Positions 26,471 to 40,282 are shown, counted from the stretch's first letter. The stretch is DNA of 64,000 nucleotides from Squalus acanthias (GCA_030390025.1 CM059431.1:125180001-125244000); one strand, 5' to 3'. Program-made: numbers and translations. Notes: generated from the sequence alone by a model not told the origin.

Positions 26471-27707
26471 ATTACTGACCTACTTGCCAGAGGAAACAGT
26501 TTAACCCAACTTGCTCTATCAAAACCCCTCATAATTTTGAATACCTCTATTAGGTCTCCCCTTAACCTTCTCTGCTCTAAAGAGAACAATCCCAGCTTCC
26601 CCAATCGCTCCACATAACTCAAGTCACTCATCCCTGGTATCATCCTGGTCAACCTCCTCTGTAACCTGTCCAAGGCCTTGACATCCTTCCTAAAGTGTGG
26701 CGCCCAGAATTGTATACAATACTCCAGCTGAGGCCTAACCAAGTGATTTGTAAAGGTTTAGCATGACTTCCTTGTTTTTGTATTTCATGCCCCTATTTAC
26801 AAAACCATTTTCCCATACGCTTTCTTAACTGCCTTAACAACTTGCCCTGCCACCTTCAAAGATTTGTGAATATGCATTCCTCTGCTCTTGCACACCCTCA
26901 AAATAGTACCATTTAGATTATACTGCGACTCCATGTTGTTCATCCCAAAATACATCACTTCACACTTATCTGCATCTGCCATGTGCCTGCCCATTTCACC
27001 AGTCTGTCTCTGTCCTCCTGAAGTCTGCTACTATCATGCTCACTATTTACTACATTGCCAAGTTTTGTATCATCCACAAACTTTGAAATTGTACTCCCTA
27101 TACCCAAGTCCAGGTCATTTATATATAACAAGAAAAGCAACGCTCCTAATAGTGACCCCTGGGGGATCCCACTGCATACTTCTCTCCAGTCAGAAAAAAA
27201 CATCCATTCACCATTACTCTCTGCCTCCTATCCCTTAGCCAATCACGTACCCAAGTTACCACCATTTTTTTTAATACCATATGCTTCTATTTTCCGAATA
27301 AGTCTGTTATGTAGTACTTTATCAAATGTCTTTTGAAAGTCCATATAGACAGCACTACCTTCATCAACCCTCTCTGTTACTTTATCAAAGAACTCAATCA
27401 GGTTAGTCAGATACAATTTGCCTTTAACAAATCTATGCTGGCTTTCCTTTATTAACCCATGCTTCGCCAAGTGAGAATAAACTTTGTTCTTGGCAATGAT
27501 CTCTATTAGTTTTCCCACCACTGATGTTAGACTGATTGGCCTGCAGTTACCAGGTTTAACCCTCTCTCCTTTTTTGAACAGGGGTGTAACATTTGCAATC
27601 CTCCAGTCCTCTGGCACCACTCCCATATCCAAGTAGGATTGAAAGATTGTGGTGAGAGCTTCAGCTATCTCCACCCTAGCTTCCCTCAGCAATCTAGAAT
27701 GCATCCT

Positions 27708-28374
27708 CTACATTGGGGAGACCAAACGCAGATTGGGTGACCGCTTTGCGGAACACCTCCGTTCAGTCCGGAAGGGTGACCCTGAGCTTCCGGTTGCTTG
27801 TCATTTTAATTCACCCCTCCACGCTCACTCAGACCTCACCATCCTCGGCCTCTTGCATTGTTCCACGGAAGCGCAGCGTAAGCTCCAGGAACAGCACCTC
27901 ATCTTCCGATTAGGCACTTTACAGCCTTCCGGACTCAATATCGAGTTCAACAATTTCAGATCATAACCCCGGCCCCTACCACACATATATACATTTTATC
28001 CACCCTTTTGGTCCGTGCCTTTTTCCTTTTTTTTTTCTCTCTCTCCCCCCACGGCAGCTGTCTCTGATTCTGCCAGCATTTCACACCTTACCTTTTGTTT
28101 CTCAACCTGTCCCATTACCATCTCGTCTTGCCTTGAGCATCTCTCAATGTCTCTACTCACTAAAGACCATCCCTTTTGTTCTTTTATTCCTCCCCCCAGC
28201 CTCCCCCTTGCATTTTTATTTGTTTATTTCTTGCTCTTTCAGTTCCGACGAAGGGTTTCGACCTGAAACGTTAACTCTCTTTCTCTCCCCACAGATGTTG
28301 CCTGGCCTGCTGAGTTTTTCCAGCGTTTTCTGTTGTTATTTCGGATTTCCAGCATCCGCAGTATTTTGCTATCG
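27708..28374 (+). mobile_element. Penelope-like element fragment (GIY-YIG endonuclease C-terminus + pseudo-LTR)
   Basis: LYIGETKRRLGDRFAEH..VACHFN..EQHLIFRLGTLQPSGLN; 13-bp TSD TAGAATGCATCCT at 27695-27707 and 28375-28387. Confidence 0.92.
28241..28276 (+). ncRNA. Minimal type-I hammerhead ribozyme motif (variant core CCGACGA)
   Basis: AGTT-CCGACGA-AGGGTttcgACCT-GAAAC-GTT-AACT within the PLE pseudo-LTR. Confidence 0.65.
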
Positions 28375-29017
28375 TAGAATGCATCCTATCTGGACTTGGT
28401 GACTTGTTAACTTTGAGTATTGCATTAAGATCTGGTGTATAGTTGAATCCAGATTCATTTAGAGTGTGCCATGTTTTTCCTCATTTCTCTAAATCTTTAG
28501 CTGCCATTTGGAACTTCGGTGTCCAACAACAATTAATAATTGGCCAACCAAAAGCACTGTTTTGTTTAATTCTTACATGGTGGAACTGGATTTGGTTTCC
28601 TGTCCATTAATTACTGTTTAGGTTTTTAAACTTTACCAAATACATACAGCATATTTTATTCTGCATGCTCTCACAACAAATCATCAATTGGAGGGACAAA
28701 ACTACACATTATAGTTAAAGTGATTCACAGAACATTTTGGGATGGTGTAATAAACAAACCATTGCCGATATTATCTGTGAGTTCAAAATATTTAATGACT
28801 TTAGAAAAAATATTTCTGATAATGTATGACTATTAAATGTCATTTGTAGTTTAGGATTTGGTCTGGACCATGTAAGAAAGAAGGAACTTGCATTGAAACT
28901 TAACATGGTAGTTAAATGAAACAGACCATCATTGGAGCTTTTCATTTTTGTATAACCTTTAGAGATTTTTTCCTTCTATGTTACACCTTCATCAGCCAGT
29001 TTCCTTTGTCCAAATTT

Positions 29018-30592
29018 ACTTTGGCAGCTGTGCTGTCAGTGTTCTACAGCATTGAGGTGCTGCAAACACTGACAAGCACTGCACAGAGATGCACGGCTGC
29101 ACCCAGGCTCTCCCATGACTCCCTCCATATGCTTATGGAGGGAGTCACAGCACGCAGGAAGGTTCTCTTCACTTCCAATGGGTGGAAGAGACCTCCCGAG
29201 AAGACCAATGCAACCTGGTTGCACATTGCACAGGAGGGCACAAGCAGGGATGTCGTCAGGATGACCAGGGTGCAGTGGTGCAAACCTTTCAATGATCTCA
29301 GTAGATCACAAAATGTTACTGCAAAGCCACACTCAACCTCATCCTGCTGTGCCACTCATCACATACCCATCACTCTGCCTTCCCTACCCTACTCCTGTAC
29401 ATCCTTACTCACACCAACTTACCTTGCACCTCCACCCATCCCTCTCTATCTAATATCACTTCCCCATCTCACTAGCCACCCCTCACACTTACCCTCATCC
29501 TCGTCCAATCATATCAACTAACAACACACAAGGGTAGGCACTTGGGTGCTTTAGCCAATGTTCCTGTGAAGTTTCTGTTAATGTGCTGTCAAACATTGAA
29601 ATCTTTATTTTCAACACTTTGCGTTCCTGGACAGATTTGCGTGCACCTTTGGCAGTGGCTTAGTGAGTTGCAGTGAATGGTGAGACATTAGGGTTACCCC
29701 CTCCCCCGCCCCCCGCAATGGTGATGAATGTGAAAGGAATGGCTTGGGCATTGTAGGGATGCTTTATGGTGTTGTTGTGGGGTGGTGCCAACCTAGCGCA
29801 TCATGTGGCAGCCAGGGTGTACAGCGTCAAGTGAAGTAAATCTGGCCATGGTGAGGCCATCCCTGGTGTCCCGGCAGCAATGTGGTCAGGTGCTGATGTC
29901 CTGTGTCCTGTGCAGCATCAGTTGATTGCGGAGAAGGTTGGTGTTGATATTGATGCTGCTGGTGTGCCTGGGGACGTTGGTGTTGGGGCTGATTGTGGTG
30001 GGATTCTGAGGACCAAGGTGAGATTTTTTCAAGGGCACCGATGCTGATGGAATGGATGACAGGTGAGGTTGAGATGACAGAAGTGATCTGTCAATGGTGA
30101 GAGAGTTTGTTCCAATGAGGTGACACTGGATAGAGTGTTTGCTCCAAACACTTGCTAGCTGCATAAAGTTCAATCTGTCTTCCAAGTGTAGTAAGCAACA
30201 GCTTCTAACCTTGGAAAGTGAAGACCTATGAAATGGGAGCTTTTATAGACCATATGCAGCTGTCAAGTTAGTAAATCATCCCATGCTGACACAACACCCG
30301 ACCTCCTTACCTGACGTGATCCCTGAGCAGCGGGGAAGCCGTTGGCGAACTCTAAAAATCTAAAGGTGAGCTTAAAATAAAGCTTAATCGCCTCTTAACA
30401 ATCCAGCTAATGATCTAAATTGCCTCCTCCGCCGCTTGGTGTTGGGTCTGTTTAACGCTGACAGGCCTGACACCTGGGAGATTAGCGTGGAGGCGGGTTA
30501 ACAGTGGGGTCCCGACTTGTTGTCAATCATTTCAAATTTCACAGCTGACCTGCCTCCAATCCCGTCCTCTCAGCGCTGGCAAAATTCTGGCC
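29018..30592 (+). mobile_element. Harbinger internal-deletion derivative (Myb exon 1 + transposase promoter end), left end missing
   Basis: AAPRLSHDSLHMLMEGVTARR..; right TIR aaaattctggcc; reverse complement matches 40543-45398. Confidence 0.8.
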
Positions 30593-30667
30593 ATTGCTAC
30601 TCACTATCACAACATTGAGGGATTGGCCCTCTGATCTCCACTTTACCTGCCATCTACTATATCAGCA

Positions 30668-31345
30668 TGAGTGCCCCACCACCAACAGCACCAGCAGCAG
30701 CAGCAGCAACCACAATGGCAGCCTTCTCCTCAACGACCTGATGCTCCACAGGAGAGAGGGGGGCACCACAGGGCGCTGCACCACGCCGGAGGCCATACCC
30801 CCAACACAGGGTATAAAGTCAGAGGATGAGCTTCCTCAACATGACTGAGTACCCGTGCTTCAGGAGGCTCAGGCTATCGTGCCAATTCATCACAGACATT
30901 TGTAGCTTTCTGGAACAAGACATGCTGCCCACAGGTCCTGGTGGACACGCCTTACCAGTGGCTGTCAAATTCACCACCGCTCCTTCCAGGAGTCTGCAGC
31001 AGACATTTGCAGGATCTCGCAGTCAGCCGCCCACAGATGGATCACCCAGGTGACCGATGCCATGTTTCTCAAGTCAGCCAATTATATCAACTTTGCCACT
31101 GATGATGCCCATGTCACTGAGCGGGAGCTTGGCTTTGCGGCTCTGGCTTACTTCCCACAGGTGCAGGGCCTCATCGACTGCAAACACGTGGCCATGAAGG
31201 CACCTCATCATCACCTAGGAGTGTTTGTGAACCGCAAGGGCTTCCACTCCCTCAATGTGCAGCTCGTCTGCAACCATAAAAAGATGATTATGCATGTGTG
31301 CGCCAGAATCCCTGGCAGCTGTCATGACTGTTTCATGCTGTTATG
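30668..31345 (+). pseudogene. Harbinger DDE transposase (HARBI1-like), 3'-truncated
   Basis: [38 protein letters not shown]. Confidence 0.9.
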
Positions 31346-31507
31346 TCTCACCATTCTCTCCAAGAGAAAAAGCCTCTTCCAAAGTTTGTGGCAAAAATGG
31401 ACAAGACCCGAAAGTGGTGCAAACAAAAACATTTACGTGTATCATAAAAATAACTGAAACTTAGCACTAATATTTTTTGATACACCCATGTGTGTACCCT
31501 TGTGTAT

Positions 31508-33276
31508 CTACTTTTGTGCCTTTTTTCTTTTCCGAGTGCTTCTACGAGATGCAACCCCTGTGGCTTCAGCAGAGGTAGTTGTAGGCTGCTCACTTCCCTG
31601 CTGCGATTTGTCAGACATTTTTGGCAGACATGCTCTGGGTTTTGGAGCCTGTGATGGCCCCACCAAAGTCTGCTCCTCCTGCGGCTGTGCAGGGGCAGAC
31701 TTGGCCATTGGGATCCGAGGAAGCATGTGGGCCTCTGACTGATGGGGAGGCAATGGGGGAGAAGTGTGAGCGCTTTGAGAAGAGCCCCCACTTCCATGTC
31801 CCCTCTCACCATCATCCCTCTCATGGGCCACCCGCACTTCCCTGTGAGCAAGGAGCTGGCGAGCACCTTGCTGCACAGTAGTGGGGTGATGAGCGCCCAA
31901 GTCTAGGTTTACAACCCTCCCTGAGAGGACGCCTATGAGCGCCTGCATCTTTTGTCAACAACTACCATGTGTTCATGTGAGTGGCGCATTTGCTGCTCCA
32001 TGTAGGTGGCCATCCTTTCCACGGAAGAGCACATTGTTGCCATCGCCTGTGACATGGTGGTGCTCATGTTGGAGATGGACTCCTCCTTTCTCTGAACATT
32101 TGCAGACATTGCGACTGAAAAAGATGCCAGAGCCTCCTGCATTATTTGCTGCCCCTCCAAGATGGCCCCCGAGGCTCAGCGTCTGGATGCAGCTCAGCAG
32201 AGCTTGGAGCTTCCTACGCCCTCCGCCAACACCAGCTGCTCTTGCTCACTTGTGAATTGTGAGACACCAGGTGACAACACTATATGGCGCGAAGGACCCA
32301 CCGAGGTGTGCATATCTGCGCTTGGGTCTGCTGACGCTGCACCCTCAGAGGCTGGCGGTTCCTCTGAGGAGTCATCTTCCTCCTCCGGCTAGACAGTGGG
32401 AGAGGGGGTGCTGCAGTTGATGGACCTGTAGGAGAGTAAAGAAATGCATTAGAAGTGTTATAATAAGAATGGGTAACATTACCATTAAGTACATGTTGAC
32501 ATTTCACTGGCTGCTGACATCAGTCACCATATGAGTGACTGTTGCTTGCCATGTGGCTGTATGAGATGTGATTCTGTTGCCAGGTTGCTGGATGTCCCCC
32601 TCTCTCCGTCTTCCACTGCCAGCATCTCTCGAGCTCCCGAAATCTCCAGAGCTGCCACCTCTGCTGCTGTTAGGTGTGCAAAGACTGGAGGGCCATCTTG
32701 TTGTTGGCTCTTTTCTCCTGCAAGTAGTGAAAGAATTGAAGTTTGAGTGAGAGTGATGGAATGAGTGTAAGGAATGGATGGCTTACATCAGTAGAGGGTG
32801 ACTATGAGGGAGTGGGGTGCCAATGCCAAATGGCCTCCTTCTGTGGTGTTACTTGCTATGCTTGCATTAGGATGAGGGTGAGTGTGAGGGGTGGTTAGTC
32901 AGATGGGGAAGTGAGTATGTCCATAGAGCGAGAGGGATGGGTGGACCTGGAAGGTATGTTGGTGTGAGTAATGAGTAGGCTTGGGAAGGCAGAGTGATGG
33001 GAATGTGTTGACAGGCACATCAGGATGAAGGTGAGTGTGGCTTTGCACTCACCTTTCCTGACCTCAGCATACCATTGAAACTCTACCTGCACTGGATCCA
33101 GGTCCTCCTCATGACCTCCCTACTGCTATTTCCAGCCAGGCCCTTTGGTCTCTTGCAGAGGTGTCCTGCATCCATCTGCTGGGCAGAGGACCTCCCTGCG
33201 TGCTCTTACTGCCTCGACCAGAATATGCAATGAGGCATCTGTAAAGCAGGATGCAGCTCTCTGCCTGGGTATTCAT
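31508..33276 (-). pseudogene. Harbinger Myb/SANT-like gene copy (exons ~33276-33053, 32717-~32580, 32425-31508)
   Basis: Same exons and splice positions as 4466-6367; C-terminus STRKRKK. Confidence 0.8.
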
Positions 33277-34424
33277 AGTTCTCACTTTCACAATAACTCC
33301 AACCTTTCCAATGCTCCTTTCACATTTCTTTACCAAACTGCAAATGAGTTGTGTACAAAGCTGCTTTAAATATGGGCGCTGGAAATGAGTCATCGTGACG
33401 TTATCAGACCCGCACCCTTTAATAGGGCCAGGAAATGTGCATGCCTGCTTTAATAGGGGCCATCACACTAAAGTCACTCTGAAGAGTGGGCTGATCAAGA
33501 CGTCGCGGTACCGACCCACCAAGCGGCCCGCACACACCCAACCCGGCTCAGAAGGGAAAATTCCGGCCTTAGTTAATTTGGATCTGGTCGAACCCTCTGA
33601 ACAGCAAAGTTCAATTCAGAGTTTTGTATCGTTTTCCATCTCTCTCTTGAAAGCTCTGACTTTTGCTGGTGTGTAGTTCTACAGATCTCGACTATCCTTT
33701 TGCGCCTCAAGCGGGGATTCTTCATGTTTATTTTTATTTCAACATAGTGAGGATGTGATTGGGGGGGGGATGGGGAAGAGGATGTATAGTGTGAGGTAAA
33801 TAGTCGTGCCAGACTATTCATCATCCAGACATCACAATGGAACCCAATCCTGTCAATACAAAATGTACACATCAGCACACTTTCCAGCAAGAATCACTGG
33901 ACAGCCACCAGGAACAGGAAAGCTTGCTGATTTTTCTCTTTTTAGCCCAGGTCACTTTGGTCAGTGTAGAACCACATTTGCATCCCTAGCTGAAATTTGC
34001 TAACCCAGCACATACTGGAGGTTGAAACTGTAACCTTTGGTTTGTATGGCTTAGCGCTTCACTATGTAGCACGCAATTTTTTAAATTGGAAATCCAAAGG
34101 GAGGGAACAAGTTGCATCGGACAGGATGGCCACTAATGTTGGAAAGAGTAAAAAAAGAGGTTAATTAGGAAAATTATGATTAGGCGATGGCTAACTTGGA
34201 TTTAAAAACCTGAAAGTGGTAAGGAATTCTACAGTTTTGGTATTAACACAATGCAAATGTTGACGTGAGGGTAGAATGTGTAGGGCAGGGTATTTGCAGT
34301 GTAGAAGGAACAAGAGAGGAACATTCAAAGGAATATTGGTCTTAGCAGTGGTTATAATATAGAGAGTGACAAGAAAGATTGTGATGGGAAGAGAAAGAAA
34401 TGTTTGAGATGAAAGAAGGATCAG

Positions 34425-34568
34425 CTATACATAGATACATAGAAAATAGGAGCAGGAGTAGGCCATTCGGCCCCTCGAGCCTGCTCCGCCATTCGATGAG
34501 ATCATGGCTGATCATCCAAACTCAGTACCCTGTACCTGCCTTCTCCCCATATCCCTTGATACCTTTAC
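34425..34568 (-). mobile_element. Short CR1 3' end with octamer tail
   Basis: Reverse complement resembles 26325-26460. Confidence 0.8.
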
Positions 34569-35072
34569 CTATCAGCTGCACGGATTCTCATGCATCCTAT
34601 CTAGAAATGCGAGAGCTGCTTGGAAAGCCCCCCGAGATATGGGAGTAGGATTCACATCCTGGGCAAACTTGGGCTTTAGAAGGGAAAACAAATATAGGAG
34701 TTACATTTAAAGTCTGAGGAGATAGAGATGCCAAAAATTACAATAAATAAAGAAGGACTAAAGGTGGAACTATCAAATGCAAGAAATGATAGCTGTTAGA
34801 TTGATGAGAGACACAAATAAACTGTGAGTCATATTTTCCTTCAGTTGCTAATATTAGCAAAAAAAAAAGAATGTGAATAAATCAATTTAAACTTGTATAC
34901 TTTTTTCAGCAAGGTTACTCTATGGAGGAAAAATTACCACAGTGTCTTTGAAGAATTGATAGAAATAATTTTCATTGCCCAGTAGCAAGGGATGATACCA
35001 AGATGAGGTGCTTCAGACATTATACTGCGAGGACAATGGGGCACTGAGGTGTTTGATCTGACGAAAGCTCAT

Positions 35073-36762
35073 TCTTTTTATTTGTTCCTGGGATGTGGGC
35101 GTAGCTGCCAAGGCCAGCATCTTTTGCCCATCCCTAATTTACCTTGAGAGGGTGGCAGTGAGCCGCCTTGTTGAAATGCTGCAGTCCATGTGGTGAAGGT
35201 ACTCCCACAGTGTTATTAGGGAGGGAATTCCAGGAATTTGACCCAGCGACGATGAAGGATCGGTGATATATTTCCAAGTCAGGACGGTGTGTAACTTGGA
35301 GGGGAACTTGCAGGTGATGGTGTTCCCATGCGCCTGCTGCCCTGGTCCTTCTAGGTGGTAGAGGTCGCGGGTTTGGGAGGTGCTGTCGAAGAAGCCTTGG
35401 CGAGTTGCTGCAATGCATCTTGTAGATGGTACACACTGCAGCCACGGTACGCCGGTGGTGGAGGGAGTGAATGTTTAAGGTGGTGGATGGGGTGCCAATC
35501 AAGCGGGCTGCTCTGTCCTGGATGGTTTCGAGCTCCTTGAGTGTGGAGCTGCACTCATCCAGGCAAATGCAGAGTATTCCATCACATTCCTGACTTGTGC
35601 CTTGTAGATGGGGGAAAGGCTTTGGGGAGTCAGGAGGTGAGTCACTCGCCGCAGAATAACCAGCCTCTGACCTGCTCTTGCAGCCACAGTATTTATGTGG
35701 CTGGTCCAGTTAAGTTTCTGGTCAATGGTGATACCCAGAATGTTGTTAGTGAGGGATTCGGTGATGGTAATGCCGTTGAATATCAAGGGACGGCGATTGG
35801 ACTCTCTCTTGTTGGAGATAGTCATTGCCTGGCACTTGTGTGGCGCGAATGCTACTTGCCACTTATCAGCCCAAGCCTGAATGTTGTCCAGGTGTTGTTG
35901 CATGCAGGCATGGACTGCTTCATTATCTGGGGAGTTGCAAATGGAACTGAACACTGTGCAGTCATCAGCGAACATCCCCACTTCTGACCTTATGATGGAG
36001 GGAAGGTCACTGATGAAGCAGCTGAAGATGGTTGGGCCTAGGACACTGCCCTGAGGAACTCCTGCAACGATGTCCTGGGGAAAAGATGATTGACCTCCAA
36101 CCACTACAACCATCTTCCTTTGTGCTAGGTATGACTCCAGCCAGTGGAGAGTTTTCCCCCCGATTCCTATTGACTTCTGTTTTACTAGGGCTCCTTGATG
36201 TCAAGGGCAGTCACTCTCACCTCACCTCTGGAATTCAGCTCCTTTGTCCATGTTTGGACCAAGGCTGTAATGAGGTCTGGAGCCGACTGGTCCTGGCGGA
36301 ACCCAAACTGGGCATCAGTGAGCAGGTTATTGGTAAGTGCTGCTTGATAGCACTGTCGACGACACCCTCCATCACTTTGCTGATGATTGAGAGTAGATTG
36401 ATGGTGCGGTAATTGGCTGGATTGGATTTGTCCTGCTTTTGTGGACAGGACATTCCCTGGGCAGTTTTCGACATTGTCGGATAGATGCCAGAGTTGTAGC
36501 TGTACTGGAACAGCTTGGCTAGAGGCATGGCTAGTTCTGGAGCACAAGTTTTCAGCACGACAGCTGGGATGTTGTTGGGGCCCACAGCCTTTGCTGTCTC
36601 CAGTGCGCTCAGCCGTATCTTGATATCACGTAGAGTTAATGGAGTGAATCGAATTGGCTGAAGACTGGCTTCTGTGGTGGTGGGGACCTCAGGAGGAGGC
36701 GAGATGGAGCATCCACTCGACACTTCTGGCTGAAGATGGTTGCAAACGCTTCAGATTTGTCT
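35073..36762 (-). mobile_element. CR1/L2-group LINE, 5'-truncated
   Basis: GVPQGSVLGPTIFSCFISDL..MFADD; 3' end shared with 7283 and 51337. Confidence 0.92.
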
Positions 36763-38769
36763 TATAAAATGTTAGAGGGTTAAGTTTCTGTTGATGTTAT
36801 GAGCCATGTAAAATTTATTTCTTTGTACATTTTTCCCATCATGTCCATTTTTGCCTGCTACCTGGAAAATGGCCTTTTCAGTTGGAGTGAATGGTTAGAC
36901 ATTACTTAACCTTGAGCAATGGGTGTGTGTAACCGGAATAGTTTGATCATTTTAGGACTGCTTTGTAGTGGTGATGGGGGGTAGTTGGTTCAGCATCTGT
37001 GTGCCATATGAGTGCACTGGTGCAACTTAACTTAATCATTGCATTACGAGGCCACCCAGGGCCTCCCGGGCAGCATTATGCGCCACTGCTGTTCCCATGC
37101 CCACTTCAGTTTTGTCCTCCTCCTCCTCCTCCTCTTCCTCGTGTTCCTCCTGCTCCTTCTCCTCATCCTCCTCCTTCTCCTCCTCTGAAGAGGATCTGCG
37201 CTCTGCGCCTTGCTCCTCCTGCAGCATCAATCCTCGCTGCTCCGCTATGTTGTGCACAGCGCAGCATATAATGATTATTCTGGAGACCCTGGCTGGAGCG
37301 TACTGATATAACCAGGCATCTGAAGCGCATCTTCAGCATCCCGAATGCTTGCTCTATTACATATCTTGTCGTCATCTGGCTTTGATTGTAACGCTCTTCA
37401 GCCTCATTGCTTGGCCTCCTCAAGGGTGTCATCAGCCACATCTTCAGAGGATATCCCTTGTCTCCAAGCAGCCAGCCGGTATGTCTGTTTGGAGGTGCAA
37501 AGAGCTGAGGGAGGGTGGACTGGTGAAGGATGAATGAGTCCTGACAGCACCCTGGGAATCTGGCACACACATGCATGATCTTTTTGTGTTTGCCGACGAG
37601 CTGCATATTGAGGGAGTGGAAGCACTTACAGTTCATGAACACTCCTGGGTGATCTGGGGGTGCCTTGATGGGCATATGTGTGCAGTCAATGACACCCTGC
37701 ACCTGTGGGAAGCCAGCCAGAGCTTCAAAGCCAAGCGCCCACTCACTCTGACTGGCTTCATCAGTGGCAAAGTGCACATAAGTGCCTGACTTGTCAAACA
37801 TGGCATCGGTCACCTGAGTGATGCATTTGTGAGCAGCCGATTGCGAGATCCTGCAAATATCTCCTGCAGATCCCTAGAAGGAGCCTGAGGTGAAGAAGTT
37901 GAGGGTGTTGGTGACTTTGACAGTCACTGATAACGTTTGTCCACCAGGTCCACTTGGCAGCAGGTCTTCTTCCAGCAGGCTACAAACGTCTGCCATGACC
38001 TGAAGCGATAGCCTGAGCCTCCTGAGGTACATCCAGGAAGCTGATCCTCTGCCTATATACCCTGTGTTGGGGGTATCGCCTCCTGGGACGTCCACCCCTG
38101 TGCTCTGTGGAGCAGCAGGTCGGTGAGGAAAATGCTGCTGCTGTTGTGGTTGGTGTTGTTGCTGCTGGGGCTCATCTTGCTCCAAATCTGAGGTCCAAGC
38201 TGAAACAGCATAAGTGGCACCCATGCTGACCTGATAGATGTCAGGTAAAGTGGAGATCAGAGGCACAATCCTCCAGTGTAATGAGAGTGACTTCTAATAT
38301 AGTGAGAGTAACTTCCGAAGTTGTAGAGATTAGCTGCAAACTCCTGAAAGCAAATTCTCAGCACAAATGGTGTCAGCAAGAACCTTTCCCTTAGGCTAGG
38401 AAGCAGGTGTGAGGTGTGAATATTTATGTGACTTTTTTTTACTATCAATTATTCAACTCCCACAATAGCCGCTCTGCTCTCATTGCTTTCATTGGCGAGG
38501 TTCAGCAAACCCGTGAATCTCGTGGACAGCCAGTAAAAGCTCCAACATCAGGTTAAAAATGCTGTTAATAGCCTCTTAACAAGCTCTCAACTACTTTAAT
38601 TAGCTCACCTGCCTCTCCCGAGCGGAGCTCTGGCGCGCCGCATAACGCGCCCGAGTTAAAGGCGAAGCCGACGGATTGAAGCCGGCTTCCCGACGTGCTG
38701 TCAATTTCAGTGCTTTTAACTGCCCACTCACTCGCAAACCCACACTCTTCAAAGTCAAAATTCTGGCCC
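36763..38769 (-). mobile_element. PIF/Harbinger fragment with near-complete degenerate transposase (~38224-37036)
   Basis: [43 protein letters not shown], acidic C-tail; TIR caaaattctggccc. Confidence 0.9.
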
Positions 38770-39231
38770 ATATGTTGACAACCTGTTTAGAAGAATACAG
38801 TGCTAAACCCTGTCAAACACTGGTAATGTCGAAGATAATGATAAATGATTTACCAAAGCGTTCAAGTGCGGAGTTTAAGAGGTGTGTGACATAGATAGCA
38901 AGATCACTGATGGAAGAGACAGAACAAAAACTATATTGGCAACTAGGAATTAAGTCAACTCTCAAGATGATGGATAATTGAAAATCAACATCTGCTTCCA
39001 TAACTTTAGGAAGTACAGATTTAAGGACAACAGATCAATAGCAGTAAGGGAAAGAGAGATTGACATTCTTAGGAATAACATGTACACGGGTCAATTTCTA
39101 AGGAAAAGTGAGAGTAAGTGATATTGAAGAGATGGCTAAGCACTCGCATATATTCTGAGCTACACAAATTGCGGATAATGGAGGGGATACCATCATGAAA
39201 GATGTCTTGTTGGAATTTACAGATAAGGGAA

Positions 39232-39370
39232 GAAAAGAAAGACTTGCATTTATATAGCACCTTTCATGACCACCGGATGTCCCAAAGCGCTTTGCAGTCA
39301 ATGAAGTACTATTTCCGAAGTGTAGTCACTGTTTTAATGTAGGAAACGTGGCAGCCAATTTGCGCACAGA
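39232..39370 (-). mobile_element. 3' fragment of the DeuSINE (L2-type tail)
   Basis: Matches 49791-49930. Confidence 0.75.
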
Positions 39371-39650
39371 TCACAGGATCCAATAGACTTGATTTGGGTG
39401 GGGGGGGGAGGGGAGAATACCTGAGACTAGAGCCCACTGTTGATGATATTAGCAGACAACTGTTTATACGATAGTCCTCCATTCACTGTTTTAGCATAGC
39501 TGTTAATCGGTTTTCAATGGGTTATGGCTTCCATTTAAAGAAGAGACAGAGGAATATTATACAAATACACTAAACATTTGTCTGCTTATATCGCCAACAG
39601 TAGTTTCTGGCTGTGATTGTTATTCTAATGGTAGAACAACTGGAGATTTA

Positions 39651-40282
39651 GGGCTGGATTTTGTCTTGGGGTCGGGTTGGGGTCGTGTCATCCGCATTTC
39701 GTGTTTCCCCCCGGCTCCAGATTAATGTGGATGAATGATGCAATTTTCACTTAATTGGGCAATTGAGTTCCAGCATGTGGGAACCAATGAACTAATTAGT
39801 GGTTTCAGTCTGAAAGTCGCCTCTGATGATGTCATCATTGCTGCTGCATTGCAGGTCAGAGACTGCCTGGATGTTGTTGAGAGAGGACCTGCCTGGCTTT
39901 TGGAGAGAGAGAGAGAGAGAGAGATACTACTACTACCTTCATCACATCTCCGTTGTAATAGTGGACCTGCAGCTGATAGTCAGCTATCCACTTGTGCTCC
40001 CGCCAGGTTTCACTGGAGTGTTTCACATCAGGCGTACTTCACGTCGGAAAAGGGTTAAACTAGCTAAAACGTTTCAAAATGGCATTACAGAGCCAATTTA
40101 GGGCTTGTTAAGGGCTTTAATGGCCTCTCCCGCCTCTTGGAGGTGGGACGGAGTCGGGAACCCCGCGACTGATTTTGTCAAAATTGCGTGGAGGCGGGAT
40201 GGGGTCGGGACCCCCGACCCCACAAATTTAACCCCCCACACGCCTCAAAACCCGACTCCACGGGTCATTCAAAATCCAGCCC
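39651..40282. mobile_element. Harbinger MITE
   Basis: Perfect TIR gggctggattttg / caaaatccagccc; TTA TSD. Confidence 0.9.

Larger units (their letters stand above)
22923..28410 (-). mobile_element. Older CR1 LINE (RT region + 3' end), split by a younger CR1 (23210-26470) and a Penelope element (27708-28374)
   Basis: Pieces 22923-23205, 26471-27707 and 28375-28410 are colinear; VVPEDWRIANVTPLFKKG, GIPQGSLLG, VRPQLEYC motifs. Confidence 0.9.
30593..33568. mobile_element. Degenerate autonomous-type PIF/Harbinger with convergent transposase (+) and Myb (-) genes
   Basis: Two-gene layout; right TIR gggaaaattccggcc. Confidence 0.8.

Noticed and set aside
37036..38266. Domesticated HARBI1 gene
   Set aside because: Frameshifts, an adjacent TIR and multiple paralogous decayed copies indicate a transposon relic
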